DNA of 64,000 bases from the NCBI GenBank assembly GCA_026770705.1, contig JANJGN010000012.1, positions 38,688,001 to 38,752,000 of the forward strand. The letters are read 5' to 3'. This DNA is from Isurus oxyrinchus. Taxonomy: Eukaryota. The notes beneath the pieces were generated by a model. It ran no database searches, was not told where the DNA came from, and saw only the letters and a program-made list of their open reading frames with translations. Below are positions 11,613 through 25,330 of the stretch, piece after piece (position 1 is the stretch's first letter; each line of letters opens with the position of its first letter). Both the position numbers and the translations under genes were made by a program.

Positions 11613-14486
11613 TAAGCCTGACTCAGCCCTCATACATAAGTTTACAATGATAGGTGGGTCACTAGATCATAATCAAGTTTCCAAACACTGCTGCATATTT
11701 TTGTCTCTTTAGCTCAGTTACGTGGATGATAATTATAAACCTTCAACTTGCTCCATGTTTACACCCTGAAATGCAAAGGCGTACATCTAAAAGTTTGCAG
11801 AATTTTAGGCATAATTGAATTACATGCACATGTAGAGTACACCCATACTACTTTGATCCTTTATAACATCTATGAATCCGTCCACCTCGACACATAACCT
11901 CCCCCAAAACTTGTCCTGCCCTCAAGTTAGGGAGTCTCATATATTAGCTTCCTGTTGTTATTTATTTATTCAGAGTCTTTCTTTAATTTACTGCCAGGTT
12001 TTCAGGTGCAGCAGGGATCAAAATCATCCTTTTGGGAGGTTTTTTGCACATTAAAAAAAAATACATTTCATGCTTAGAGCTGCTCTATTTTTAGTGTTTT
12101 TTTTTATTGCGTTCGTGCAGTCACATTCAAAACTGGAAGTTTTCCCAATTTCAGGTCTTTAAGCGTGATGTGCTTGACATGCACAAATAATGGTCAAATG
12201 AGTTGACACTTGAAACTTCATACTTAAAAAAGAAATAAGTAGTATGAGTTTGGCATTTTCTTTGTGCCCAGATTGTTTACATTAATTTACACCCCTTTTA
12301 TCTTTCACCATATTCTAATAAAATTTGTAGGAAATTTAAACCTTATTTGACGTCATAAAATGACATAGAAAATACAGCACAGAATCCATTCAGCCCACTC
12401 AAGTGACGTCTCATCCTTCCTCATTGAACCCGATCAGCATGACCTACTTTTGTATTCTCCCTCAAATGCTTCTTTAGCATTGACATCGGCAGAATGGGTA
12501 CAGAAATGAACGCAGTTCCGAGTCTAACACCCACATTGTGCCTATGGAAGAAATTCAAGGCCATACTAGAGTCCAATGCTTGCAGTATAAAGGTCAACTG
12601 ACTCAACACAGAATGGAGATTGAGCTCAGAACATTACTGGTGCGTGTGGTGCTTTTAGCCCCTAAGTCATGGTCTTTTTCTTCCATTCCTCTGGTGAGCA
12701 ATGGTAATGGAGCAGGCACGGGTGGAAAGCTGGAAAGCACTTGATCGACGCCCTTTCTTCATCCATAGCAATCTTCCAGCCTCACTTCCACCAAATGCCA
12801 GAAGCACCTACCTACGTATGAGTGGGTGCATTCCAATAAGTGAGGAATAATGAGTTGACATCTTTCCCTCTCTTTTTTTTCTGCTCTGCACATGATTTAA
12901 ATCTAATTTATTCTCCCCTAGTTTATATACTGCATGTTGCTGTGAGGTTACTTCAATCTGATTAATTGAAAAGCCTTCCAGTTGCTTGAGCAGTTCAGAC
13001 CATAAATCCCTTCTAGAGGACACCATGCAGGATCAAGGGCCTGTTCACAATAGATTGCCAGAGAAAAGTCTGACAAAATCTCTGTGGACAGCTATCGGTG
13101 TAGAATAACTGCAACATTTATGCCATTGTGAACGCTGATAAGTTAGAGCAAAAATTGCCCAGATGGTGGAAGGGTGTAAATCGTGATGGAATGCAGGTCT
13201 CTCTCAATTGAATAAAAATCACAGGAATTGCGCTCTGGGAAGTCAGACAACTCTGCCACTAATCCCGACCCCCACCCCCAACTTCCATTATGTTACCCAA
13301 CAGACTAGGGCTGCAAATACTCACCTAAAGCATTCCAGTTAGACCCAGCGAAGGCCCAGCTGTTGAAAGATGGCATAGGTCCCATTATGAGCTGAAAATG
13401 CAGCCTGAAGTGGCAAAGGTGAATGGCAATCAAAGGGGCTACTCCTTGACAATTCTGGCCTGCTTGTCCTCACTCCCTTCTTTGGAAGTCACCTGAAGTT
13501 AAATTACACGAGCCCAAGTCGCTTTGTAAAAGGTGCTCAGGAACTGATCTGTGGAGTTTAATGGCCATACTGTTGTGAGCTCAATAAAATCTGAGCAGCT
13601 GACTATTTAGAGGCTGCCCATATTTCTTTTTTACTGAGAGATCTTGGTGAGGGGCCAAGGCCCACAGTACGAGATGCCACCAAGAGAACAGAAGACAAAT
13701 GTATAAAGCAGTAGAGGTTGTGTGACGCCAAGTGTGAATTTTGAAAGTCTAAACATCGTAGGAAGGCAAAACTGAGGGATGTGAGGTGTTTGACAGTTTT
13801 GAAATCCTGGGGAGAAAAAAGAATAAGTGAGAGTGGGTTTAATGTAAGTTGCTTTAATATATGAAGGAGAAAAAATGTTCAGAACTATGTATTTTGAACT
13901 TAGGTGGAGCTGGATAGAAAAGTTGAGAACATACACAGATTCAAAAAGACGATAGGAACTGCTGTGTTCAATCTGACAATTGTATTCAATAGCCCTCTTA
14001 AAAATGATTATGCGGCTTTATACAACAATGAATTTCTGTAGGTGTTCAACAGTTTTTCTGAGGCTGTAGACTAACTGCTGTGCATTTAAAAGCTCCGAGG
14101 AGACAGAAAATGTGGCCTGACTGTGTTAATACTACACTTTGATATTTAATAGTGTGCCAGGGGTCTGTAATGAGTTACATAGTGATACATTTATATGTGC
14201 TTAATAAAATCCTGAGATTTGGAACACAATGTTTCTGGTAAGGAATTATCACCTGAAAGAATAGAATAATTATACCTATTTCTTTGTTCTTATCTTTTGG
14301 CTTTAAGCCTCTGAGAGATACATATAACATTAAGCATAATGTGGTAAAGAGTATTTGTAATGTGTATTATTACAGAAATAAAAGCATTTCAACATTGCGA
14401 AACTAACAGACTATTATTTGAATGAAACTTCTTCAAATAAATATTACCATTCCCTAAAGGAACTAAAAATTTCAAGGCTACACAAA

Positions 14487-15153
14487 GACCAAAATTTTAT
14501 GTTCTTTGTGTGGGCGTGCGCCTGACCCAACAGCGCATGATATCGCGTGAGAAGAGGGGTGTGTGTCCCGATGTCATTGCGCACTTGCGTGATATTTCGC
14601 TTGATGGGTGTGCGCAGCAGCCAGAAGCGCGCCTGCTGACAACTAAACGGGCAATTAAGCCCATTAAGGAAGCAATTGAAATCAATTGTACATGGCCTGT
14701 CCACTTTTACACTGGGTGGAGGCCAATTGGCCAGGCAGCCTTTACATTTTAGCTGAATCCTTGATCCTGGGCAGAGTGAAATATCTGGGGTGAAATATAA
14801 TGCAAAAAAGATATCTGGGGACTGATGTTCTTTGAGTTCTGCTGTCAGGTGCTTGAATGTGCTGCATCGACGCAGTTTGGTGCATTTTTTTCTTGCCAGT
14901 TGCAATCCAGGTCTGCAGCTCCCTGAGGCAGCGCTGCAGCAGTTGTCTGCCTTCAGGGAGCTCGCCAGAAGTGCCCCCCTGCACCCTCACTTTTGTCAGC
15001 GGGCCCACCCTCTTCCCAACCTCTCCCCACCCCCCCTACTCCCGTTAATTGGCCAGTCAGCATGGAATTGCGTTGGGGTGGCCGATCGCAGGCAGAAGCG
15101 CATTTCGCATCCGCTTCCATCACACCGTGCCCACTGAATATAAGATTCAGGCC
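14487..15153. mobile_element. Harbinger-type MITE related to family A
   Basis: Ends gaccaaaatttta..taagattcaggcc; shares the ctccctgaggca..cttcagggag hairpin and ggccaattggcc motifs with family A. Confidence 0.55.
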
Positions 15154-15329
15154 TTGGGTTTAACAAATTATTCACCACAGTGAAAAGATCAAATGAAACA
15201 GAAAAGTTAAAAATTAAGAAACTAGGGCCCCAGATTTTCACCACAATGGAGAGCTACTCATCATGGCAAAAATAGTGGAAAGACCTGAAAATTGGAAGTT
15301 CCACCCCTGATCATGGCACTTGCCATTTA

Positions 15330-16852
15330 AAGAACATAAGAACATAAGAAATAGGAGCAGGAGTAGGCCATTCGGCTCCTCAAGCCTGCCCCACCATTCA
15401 ATAGGATCTTGGCTGATCTACCCCAGGCCTCAATCCCTGTTTCATGCCAGCTCCTCATAGCCCTCAACTCCCTGATATTTCAAAAATCTATCTACCTCCT
15501 CTTTAAGTACGTGCAGTGATCTAGCTTCCACAACTCTCTGGGGTAGAGAATTCCAGGCATTCACTACCCTCTGAGAAAAGAAATTCCTTCGCATCTCAAT
15601 TTGAAATGAGTGTCCTTTTATTCTGTAACTATGTCCCCTAGTTCAAGATCCCCCACTAGTGAAAACATCTTCTCAACATCTACCCTGTCAAGCCCCCTCA
15701 GAATCTTGTACGTTTCAGTAAGATCACCCTCATCCTTCTAAATTCTAGTGAATAAAGGCGTAAGATGTTTAGCCATTCTTGATGAATCAACCCCTTCATC
15801 CCAGGAATCAGCCTAGTGGGTAGAATCTTGCCCTTGGTGGGTGGGCAGCCAACACCCGCCACCGAAGCACCCGTCACCATTTTAAGTGGGCAGGCCAATT
15901 GAGGCCCACCCAGCGGGCCACCCGACAGGAAGCGCTATGTGTTTCCTGTGTGGTGGGGGGGGAGAGATTCCCCAACTGTCAAAGTGAGCACTGCTCCCTG
16001 AGACTAAGTGCTGCCTCAGGGAAATCACTGAAAGTTTTTTTAACATCAAGAATAGACAAATAAAAAATGTATTAACATGTCCCCCTCATGTGACGATGTC
16101 ACACGAGATGGGACATGTTAATAAAAAGGACATAAAGTTTATTAAACATTTTTAAAATGGACATGAAACCTCATCCCGCCAGTGGATGAGGTTTCATGTT
16201 TCTTCTATTCCCTGCTGGGGCTCCTGGCCTGCCCGTCAGCCTTAAGGTTGGATGGGAAGGGCATTTAATGAACTTAATTATCCTGTCAATGGCCTCAATT
16301 TCACTGTCCGTCTGCCTTCCTCAATATTTAAATGGGGTGGGATGATGCTGGGGGTTCCTCCCGATGTCATCCCATGTCATTTTCCCCTCGGCGAGCGGGC
16401 CCTGCCCCCAACTCGCTGATGGAAAAATACTGGCCAGTGAATCTCTTTTGAACTGCCTTCAATGCCAGTATATCCTTTCTTAAATACAGGGATCAAAACT
16501 TACACAGTACTCTAGGTGCGGCCTCACCAACACCATGTATAGTTTTAACAAGACTTCCCTATTTTTAAGTACCAAACCCCTATCAATACAGGCTGACATT
16601 CCATTTGCCTTCTTAATTACTTGCTGCACCTGCATGCTAACTTTCAGTGTTTCATGCACAAGAACACCCAGATCCCTCTGTGCTGCACTTGCCTGGAGTC
16701 TCTCTCCATTTAAATAATTGTCTGCCTTTTGATTCTTCCTACCAAAGTTCATGACCTCACACTTTCCAACATTAAACCCCACCTGCCAAGTTTTCACCCA
16801 CTCACTCAAACTGTCTATATCCCCTTTCAGGTTCCTTATGTCCTCATCACAA
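15330..16852 (-). mobile_element. CR1 (HER1-like) LINE 3' portion, split by a MITE
   Basis: (AGAACATA)n tail; ORFs WQVGFNVGKCEVMNFGRKN..LVRPHLEYC and IPGMKGL..LYSLEFRRMR. Confidence 0.9.
15818..16435 (-). mobile_element. Harbinger MITE family A inserted in CR1, TSD AGT
   Basis: gcct-AGT-gggtagaatctt..aaaatactggcc-AGT-gaatc; removal restores CR1 gcctagtgaatc; reverse complement of the 24401 copy. Confidence 0.85.
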
Positions 16853-18604
16853 TAATTTTCATCAACACATGACTGGGTCAGGGGACATTTTGTGCACGCG
16901 TGGTTTACAGAAGCAGCTGGTCATCAGTTACTTTCACTGAGGTGGAATCTTGGTAGGCTCGGAGTGTGAAATCCGACATGTGCATATTAGACCAGGTAAG
17001 AGCAGGACTGAACTTGTTGGATTAATTTGGATAGCAGGGGTGCCCCTTTGGAGAGTTAAGGTACCCCTTTGGACCTGGTCCTGGGACATCTTTTGGTTAG
17101 GTCAGGTGCCCCTTGGGTATGTCAGGTGCCTTTTGGAAATGTTAAAAGTAGGCATAAACATGCCTAAAAAGTATGTAAGCTGAGTACTGTCAAGCTCATT
17201 GGAATGGTCATCAGATTTATCGAAACCAACTGTCAAAACTGTCAGAAGTAAGTCAAAGGAACATTTCAAAGGGAGTGGTCAAGCTGTCAAGTCATTTAAA
17301 TGTCCACCCCTTTAAATCTTCGAGAAATGTGTCCAGAGTATTACAAAAAAGAAAATGGTTGCTTGCTATTTCACTCTGTCGACATAAGCGTGTTTCCATA
17401 ACTGGATTAGTGCTGCGTGACTGATTTCACAACCATCCATTATCACAATAGCACGCTTGCCATTTCACAGTTTGACTGACAACTACAAGTGATTATAGAC
17501 TCTTTGATGTGGCACCATGAATTCCAGTGCTTGTTATTATAAGGGATTGTGCATTCAAATGATTCTTTTTCTTAAAAGGCTTTATGCATTTGAAGGAATG
17601 TAAATATGGTAAATGGATTTTTATGAATGAGAGGGTTTTTTTCATTTCAGTGAAGTCTGCAATAGATTCTTTGAACTTTATTTTGTGGATTATTACAGAA
17701 CTAACAGGATTTCAGCATTGCAAAACAAAAGGGTATTATTTGAATGAATCTTCAAAAAATAAATATTTCTGTTCCCTACAGGAACCAGTTTTCAAGATTA
17801 CACAAGGATTTGACGAATTATTCACTTAAATGCAGTGAAAAGTTTGAAATCAATCAGGAAAATTAAAAATTACAAAGCTACAGCCCAGAATTTCACCATG
17901 ATGGAGAAGTTTTCCACTGTGGTAAAAATGGTGGAAATGCCGAAAAATCGGAAGTCCCAGTCCCAGTCACAGCACTTCCCATTTTCATCTCTGCACATGT
18001 CCTGAGGCCTGCACATGGTGGATACTGGATGAGGTGGCATGAGAGGTGTAAGGACCAAGTGTGGTGTATGGGGGCGTGGGTTGGCAAGAGTTGGCACTAA
18101 CTTGGCATTGTAGCTCTCAAGAGCCATGGGGGGGGGTGGGTGGAGGGGCAAAGGTTGGCATGGAGGACATGAGGGATGGTGGCAGTAGGGGAACAGGCCA
18201 TGTGGTGGCTTGGGTTGGTATATGGACATGGGCAGTGTGTCAGCGGATGAGGGAGTGTGAGGGGTGAGATCTGGAGGGATATTTTATGCTTTATTCTGGG
18301 CTCAATGCTGGGTCCCCAAGACAGGCCTCCCACCCAGTCCGTGTCATCACATGGCAGCTTCTTCACTTCTTCCCAGGCTGCCTGCCCCAACTCCTATTCT
18401 AACCTGCACCGCACTTCCCACCCCCATCCCCACTCCCAACCCCAACAAGAACCAAAACTTGGACGCCTGGACAGCCATTTTTAAAGGCCAGGTTTACAGC
18501 ACCGGGAATTCTCCAGCCTCTGTGCACCTGACCCGGGAGCAAAATTCTAGGCCCAGGCATAAGCCGGACAGGTCTTTTTCATCCAAAGGGTAATGGAATT
18601 GTGG

Positions 18605-18944
18605 AATGGCTTCAATTTCACTGTCCATCTGCCTTCTGCAATACTTAAACGGAGCGGGATGACGTTGGGGGTTCCTCCCAATGCCATCCCACGTCATTTT
18701 CCCATCAGCGAGCAGGCCCCGCCCGCTCACCAACGGAAAAATACTGGCCAGTGAATCTCTTTTGAACTGCCTTCAATGCCAGTATATCCTTTCTTAAATA
18801 CAGGGATCAAAACTTACACAGTACTCTAGGTGCAGCCTCACCAACACCATGTAAAGTTTTAACAAGACTTCCCTATTTTTAAGTACCAAACCCCTAGCAA
18901 TACAGGCTGACATTCCATTTGCCTTCTTAGTTACTTGCTGCACC
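18605..18944 (+). repeat. Local duplication of 16288-16630 (MITE/CR1 junction)
   Basis: Same junction aaaatactggccagtgaatctcttttgaactgcc and near-identical CR1 part. Confidence 0.9.
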
Positions 18945-18989
18945 CAAAAAAGAAACTGGATGTGTTTCTGCAGAGAAATGTTGCCATTT

Positions 18990-19226
18990 ATGACTGAGCT
19001 AAGGAGAAATTTCTTCACTCAAAGGGTTGTGAATCTTTTGAGTTCTCTACCCCAGTGAGTTATGGATAGTCCATGATTGAGATTAAGGGACCTCTAAGGG
19101 GATTAAGGGATATGGGGATCAGATGGTAAAATGGAGCTGTGATAAAAGATCAGTCATGATGTTATTGAATGGTGGAACAGGATTCATAAACCACATGACC
19201 TACTCCTGCTCATATTTATGTTCTTA
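18990..19226 (+). mobile_element. CR1 3' end / HE1-like tail
   Basis: aggagaaatttcttcactcaaagggttgtgaatc..cctactcctgctc..ttatgttctta. Confidence 0.75.
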
Positions 19227-19287
19227 AAAGGGGTTTAAGGACATAATGATATAATATGTTTCAGACCTACTTTAGGTGTTTTGTTTT

Positions 19288-20530
19288 TATTCTTTCATGG
19301 ACTGTCGGTGTTACTGGCAAGGCCAGCATTTATTGTCCATCCCAAACTCCCCTTGAGAAGATAGTGGTGAGCCACTTTCTTGAACCACCGCAATCCGTCC
19401 GTTGCAGATATTCCTACAGTGCTGTTAGGAAGGGAGTTACAGGATTTTGATCCAGCAACAGTGAAGAAACAGCTGAAGATAGTTGGGCTGAGGACACTAC
19501 CCTGAGGAACTCCTGCAGCGATGTTCTGGGACTGAGATGATTGACCTCCAACACAATCACAACCATGTTCCTTTGTGATAGGTATGACTCCAACCAGATA
19601 CAGTGATTGTGGTCATTCCCTGAGCAGGTCTGACCATCTTCTGTTCAGTTGTTTGCCCATTCTATCTGATTCTAGGCAGGATACTGTGTGACTCGGAGGG
19701 TAACTTGCAGGTGGTGGTGTTCCCATGCATCTGCTACCCTTGTTTTCCAGGTGTTAGAGGTCACATGTTAGGAAGGTGCGGTTGAAGGAGTCTTGGCAAG
19801 TTGCTGCAACTTGTATATGGTACACACTGGTGCCACTGCCATTTAGAAGTGGAGTGTTTAAGTTGGTGGATGGGGTGCCAATCAAGCAATGTGCTTAATT
19901 GTCCTGGACTGTGTTGAGCTTCTTGTGCTGTTGGAGCTGCAATCACCCAAGCAAGTGGAGAGTATTCCATCACACTCCTGACTTGTGCCTTGTAAATGGT
20001 GGACAGGCTTTGGGGAGTTGGAAGGTTACTCACTGAAGAATTGCAAACCTCTGATCTGCTCTTGTAGCCACAGTATTTCTTCAGCTGCTCCAGTTTAGGT
20101 TCTGGTCAATAGTAACCACTAGGATGTTGATAGTGGGGGATTCAGGGTAATGCCATCGAATGTCAAGGAGCAATGGTTGGATTCTCTCTTGTTGGAGGTG
20201 ATCATTACCTGGCACTTGTGTGGCACGAATGTCACTTGCTCCTTATCAGCCCAAGCCTGAATGCTGTCCAGGTTTTGCTGCACATGGGCACAAACTGCTT
20301 CTGTATCTGTGGAGTTGCAAATGGCATTGTACAGCGTGCAATCATCAGTGAACATTCCACTTTTCTGAACTTATGATGGAGGAAAGGTCATTGATGAAGC
20401 AGCTGAAGATAATTGGGCCAAAGACACTACCCTGAGGAACTCCTGCAGCGATGTCCTGGGACTGAGATGATTCACCTCCAACACAATCACAACCATCTTC
20501 CTTTGTGATAGGTATGACTCCAACCAGATA
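19288..20530 (-). mobile_element. Second CR1-group LINE family, 3' portion (decayed RT C-terminus + 3'UTR)
   Basis: ORFs FTDDCTLY..QQNLDSIQAWADK and LSTIYKAQVRSVMEYSPLAW; upstream GVPQGSVFGP motif. Confidence 0.85.
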
Positions 20531-22338
20531 TAGTGGTTGTGATCATTCCCTGAGCAGGTCTGACCATCTTCTGCTCAGTTGTTTGGCCATTCTATCTGAT
20601 AGTGTAACCTAAGGATATTGCAACATGGTCTTCCTGTGATTTGAAGTGGATATTTTGTCTGTTGCACATGCCATCATCTGCACTTCTCTAATCTTTTCAA
20701 AAGCGGGCCAAGAAACAGTTTAGTGTGACAAGACTAGTTTCAATCAACTTGTCTCTTTGAAATTGAAGTTAGATAACAAACCTGCTGGATAACTTAATTT
20801 TTCTTGCCATAACTTTCCTCTCCAGATAGCTAAATGCAGAGAATTAACTTCCTGAACTATAGCTTTCAGCCCCAGATTAATGGCGGTCTCTCGACCATTT
20901 TTTGTCGAAACCCAAATAACTCCTCAGCAAGGATGTTTTTCCTTTTTGTATATTTTAACTCCAAGAAACAGAGGGAGAAAATTTTTTCCACTTTCCCTGT
21001 GCAGGAATTCACCAGCAGGCCCGTAAAGCAAACCCATTCATCCCCCTCCCAAGAGGGTATCCTCCTCTGATATCTCATGCCTTGTCCATGTGAGTAAAAC
21101 CATCTTCACCACAGAGGATGTTGGCATTTGTTGGCCAGCTGAAAAGTGATGACAAATTGCTTAACAACCTCAGAAATTGTGGAAACTGCTCAAATGCCTG
21201 GCTCATTAACAATTCCAGAGCCCCCCCCCTGTTCAGATAGGCCTATGGCTTTTTAAACTTGTGCAAGCTCACTTTAACAAAAACACATTGAAAAATAACT
21301 GTCGAATTATGGCAATGAAGGAAGAAAAGGCTAAAACCTTTCAAATTATTCCAGGTGCAAAGACAGTAGGTGGAGTTGTGATCTATTTAGAAAGTATAAT
21401 GTTGAGCTATAATGATGTTTCTCTGCTCTTAACAATTCTCATGTTCTTAATGTAATAGTTGGTCTTCACTGGTTGTCTCAATGTTGATGAAATTATCATG
21501 AGCGTGTTACATTGAACAGCTGGATGGTTAGGTTTAATGTTTGAGCTTGGTTTGGGAAACTGTGACTTCATTTCCATTCATGAGATTTAAATTTAAACAT
21601 TAGATCCATCTTTATTTTATCAGTCCCCAAACTGTCAGAGATTGCTTTTAAAAAAAAAACACTTTTAATGCAAAGGAAACAAGTAGATTCCCAATGAAAT
21701 TATTGATTTTTCTTTTCCTCCTTTAAGTTTTCTTTTCCATTTCACTTTTCTTGCCTTGGGAAAGTTTTTTTTTTTGTTTGCTGGGTACTATTCTACAGAT
21801 GCCAGGGACTCTCCAGACCCTCAGAGAGGCTGCCATTTTCATATGTCAGCACGGATGATGAGGTTTCAATTTTAATCACCCCAAACCAGTGGGCAGGAGA
21901 GGGTCAATGTTGGTGGGTGGGGGGGGTGTTTGCTGGGGGGAAAAGGGAGGTAAAGTATCAGGATTGGGCAATCCAACCCCAAAAGTGCCTCTATTGCCAC
22001 CTTGCTACTAAGAATGATTTCAACTTGGTCAAGTTCTTCGTGTGATTTTGTCGGCCCATGGACCCTTCCGGCACGCCCTGCCCCCTCACCCACCCCCCAC
22101 TCGTATCAGGGTCTGAGTGTCAGTGCTAAAGAGAAAGGGGACAATTGGGACTGGTCTATGATTGTAATTGCTTCATTCCAGGAAGATCACTAAAAATATG
22201 ATTAAATAAAATACTATCAATATTAACATGAGCAAAAACAAAACAATTTCCATTTCAGGCACCCAACATCAGCATCAAGCACTTCGAGCTCAGGCACCGG
22301 GTATGTCCGATGAGTTTGGTTGCATTACCCTAAAACAG

Positions 22339-22483
22339 GGGGCGGATATTCTGGTCCCACCAGCAGCAAGCATCATCGTAGGAGGGACAGGAAAATTTGG
22401 AGGGTGGCCATTGACCACTCTCCAAATTTTCCTGTCCCACCCACGACAATTCCCACCCCTGGCGGGACCAGGAAATCCCGGCC
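22339..22483. mobile_element. Hairpin Harbinger-type MITE (family C-like)
   Basis: Core gggacaggaaaatttggagggtgg-ccattga-ccactctccaaattttcctgtccc; outer arms tctggtccc/gggaccagg. Confidence 0.75.
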
Positions 22484-23099
22484 AGTGTATCCCAGGCCCA
22501 ACGTCGGATCTGTAATCAGACTGCACCAGCCATACTATAGCTGCTTTGAGTGAGATTGTCTATTTATCCTTTGCTAATATCAAATTAAGGGCATTTTTTA
22601 TGTTAGCCCCAATCCCCTAGGAACTGGTTTGAGATATCCCTTCCCCCCCCCCCAGTTAATTCTACATACTGCACACACAGCTATCAGGCGGAAGAGATTC
22701 TTTATCTCATCAGTCTTGAAGATAGAGTCGAGGAGGTTGTGTGCTAAATTCTGACCAATAAATCCAGAATGTGGGCGGAAGATGGGCTGTCAGATGGAGT
22801 ATTTGGAGCTCTGGGAAAGTGGAAAGTTTGAAGAAGCAATGAGCATAATCTCATCAACAAATTGTGAGAGATAAGAATGGCTGCTTTAGTAATGACTGAA
22901 AGATACAAAGCTGTTGCCACGGTGACCGACTCAGTTTGGCACTATCCAAGCTTCCACCACCTAAAGTTAAATGCTATTTGTGAAGAATTTTAGCCATGGC
23001 AACATCTTGCAGGAGCTTCAGTGGAAAATGTGCACCTTTGAACTTTCTCAAGGGCAGAAAAGTTTTAAAGACTGAAACATTGGCAATATGCTGCTGTTA

Positions 23100-25330
23100 G
23101 GAAAAAGGAAGAGGAGCAGGTCATTCAGCCCCTTGAGCCTGTTCTGTCATTACAGTCAGATCATGGTTGATCTGTATCTTAACTCCATCTATCATAACTC
23201 ATAGCTCTTAAAGCGTTTGCCTATCTAAATTCTAACACTGTCTTGATATTTGTAATTGACATAACTAACAGTTTTTGAGAGAATTGAGAGTTCTAGACTT
23301 CCAATACCCTTTATGTGAAGAAATGCTTTCTGCAATTAACCTTGAAATGCTCGGATCTAATTTTAAGGTTTTGCCCTTTTGGACTCCCCCACCAGGGGAA
23401 ATCTACCCTATCAACTCCTTTGATGATCTTGAACATCTCAATAAGATCACCCTTTAACCTTCTAGATTCAAAGAACACAAACCTAGTCTACGGAACCTAT
23501 TCTCATAATTTAACCCTTTTAGCTTTGGTAATGTTCTGGGAATCTGCACTGCATGACCTTCCTGAGGTGTAATGTCCACAGCTGAATGTAGTAACAGAGC
23601 TCTATACAGCTGTAATGAACCTTTTGCATTCCAGCCCTATTGAGGTAAAAGACAATATTCCATTAGTCTTTTACATTACTTTTTGTACTTGTCCACTGAC
23701 TTTTTTTTAAAGCGATTTCTGTACTTGGGCCCCTAAATCACTGTATATACATATTTCTCATTGTTTAGAAAATACACAGATCGATCTCTTTTTAAGATCA
23801 AAGTGGGTGACCTCACACTTTCCTACACTGAATTCCATCTTCCATAGTTTTTCCCACTCAATCTATCAATGTCCCTTTGCAACATTCTACTCTCATCTGC
23901 TCTATTTACTGTGCCACCTAACTCTGTATTATCAGTTTCGATATACGGTTCCGTATTCCTTCATACAGGTCATTTATAAATATAGTGAAAAGCTGAGGCC
24001 TCAGTACAGATCCCTGGGGGACACCACTTGTCACACTTGCCAATTTGAGTCAGTACATTACCTTTACTCTCCGTTTCCTATCTCCGAACCAATTCCCTAA
24101 CTAGTTACTGCTTCCAATCCAAGCGCTCTGATTCTTGTTAACAATCTCTTACATGCAGTCTTGTCAAATGCCTTCTGGAAATCCATACAAATGACATCCA
24201 CATACTCCCTTATCTATGATACTCTTCAATAAATTCAACTAGGTTCATTAGACATGCTTTACTCTTTATAAATCCGTGCTGGTTCTCTCAAATCATATTA
24301 TATTTGTCCAAATGCTTAGTCACTCTGTCACTTAAAACAGATCCTAATAACTTCCACACAACTGGCATTTGACTAATATGCCTCCAATTTTCAAGTTTAT
24401 GGGCAGAATTTTCCCATCGGTGAGCGGGGGGGCTGCTCGCCAACGTGTAATATGATGCGCAGTGACGTCACTGCGCCCCATTTAAATTTTCTGGTAGGCA
24501 GGGGCGCAGCAAAATCAGCTGTGCGCCCGCCGACATGTCAATGGCCAACTGAGGCCATTGACAGAGTAATTAAGCTAATTAATGGACCTGCCCGTCCAAC
24601 CTTAAGTTTGGTGGGCAGGCCACGAGCCCCGGAGGGAATTAGAAAAAGCATGAAACCTCATCCACGGGCGGGATGAGGTTTCATGTAGGTTTTAAAAAAT
24701 GGAATTAAAGTTTTTGTAAAAATTATGGACATGTCCCAACTCATGTGACAATGTCACATGAGGGGACATGTCAGGGAATGTTTTTTTTCTATTTTTAATA
24801 TTTTTGACAGTACAGCTGATGTTCCTGAGGCAGCACTTAGCCTCAGGAAGATGAGTAAGATGAGTGCGCTCTTTCATGCATATGCACAAAACAGCACGCT
24901 CTTGATTTTGGGATTCCACCCCCCGCTCGCACAGGGAGCACATAGTCCATGCGGACGGCACGCTGGGCTGGCCTTAATTGGCCCACCCATGTAAAATGGC
25001 ACCGTGCCCCCAATTGGAGGCGCCAATCGGAAGCGCGCCTGTGCACACCCATCCTTCAACTTTGCCCTCAACGGGGGGAACATCCTGCACTATGTGTCCC
25101 ACCTTACCTAAATAATGGGGTAAATTTGAAAAACTTACAATCCAAGGGGATAATTCCAGAATCAAGGAAGTTTTGGAAGGTCGTGACTGGCGCACCAACA
25201 ATTTCCTCACCTATTTAATCATTTTAACACCCACAGGTGGGAACAATCAGGTCCAGCAGGTTTGACTGTTTAGTCTCATTAGTTTCTCCGTTAATTTTTC
25301 TTTACTTAATTGACTTTAGTTAGTCTTGCT
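23100..25330 (-). mobile_element. Decayed CR1 LINE (RT to 3' tail), split by a MITE
   Basis: Reverse strand contains [23 protein letters not shown] and CRKCEVTHF motifs; gaggagcaggtcattcagcccc tail. Confidence 0.8.
24401..25090 (+). mobile_element. Harbinger MITE family A, TSD TAT
   Basis: TAT-gggcagaattttccc..gggaacatcctgcac-TAT; internal hairpin catgaaacctcatcc..ggatgaggtttcatg. Confidence 0.85.

Larger units (their letters stand above)
15225..18554. mobile_element. Family-B Harbinger non-autonomous elements (copies starting ~15225 and ~17881), the first interrupted by CR1
   Basis: Homologous left ends ggccccagattttcaccacaatggagag and gcccagaatttcaccatgatggagaag; right end gcaaaattctaggccc near 18554. 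Confidence 0.55.
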
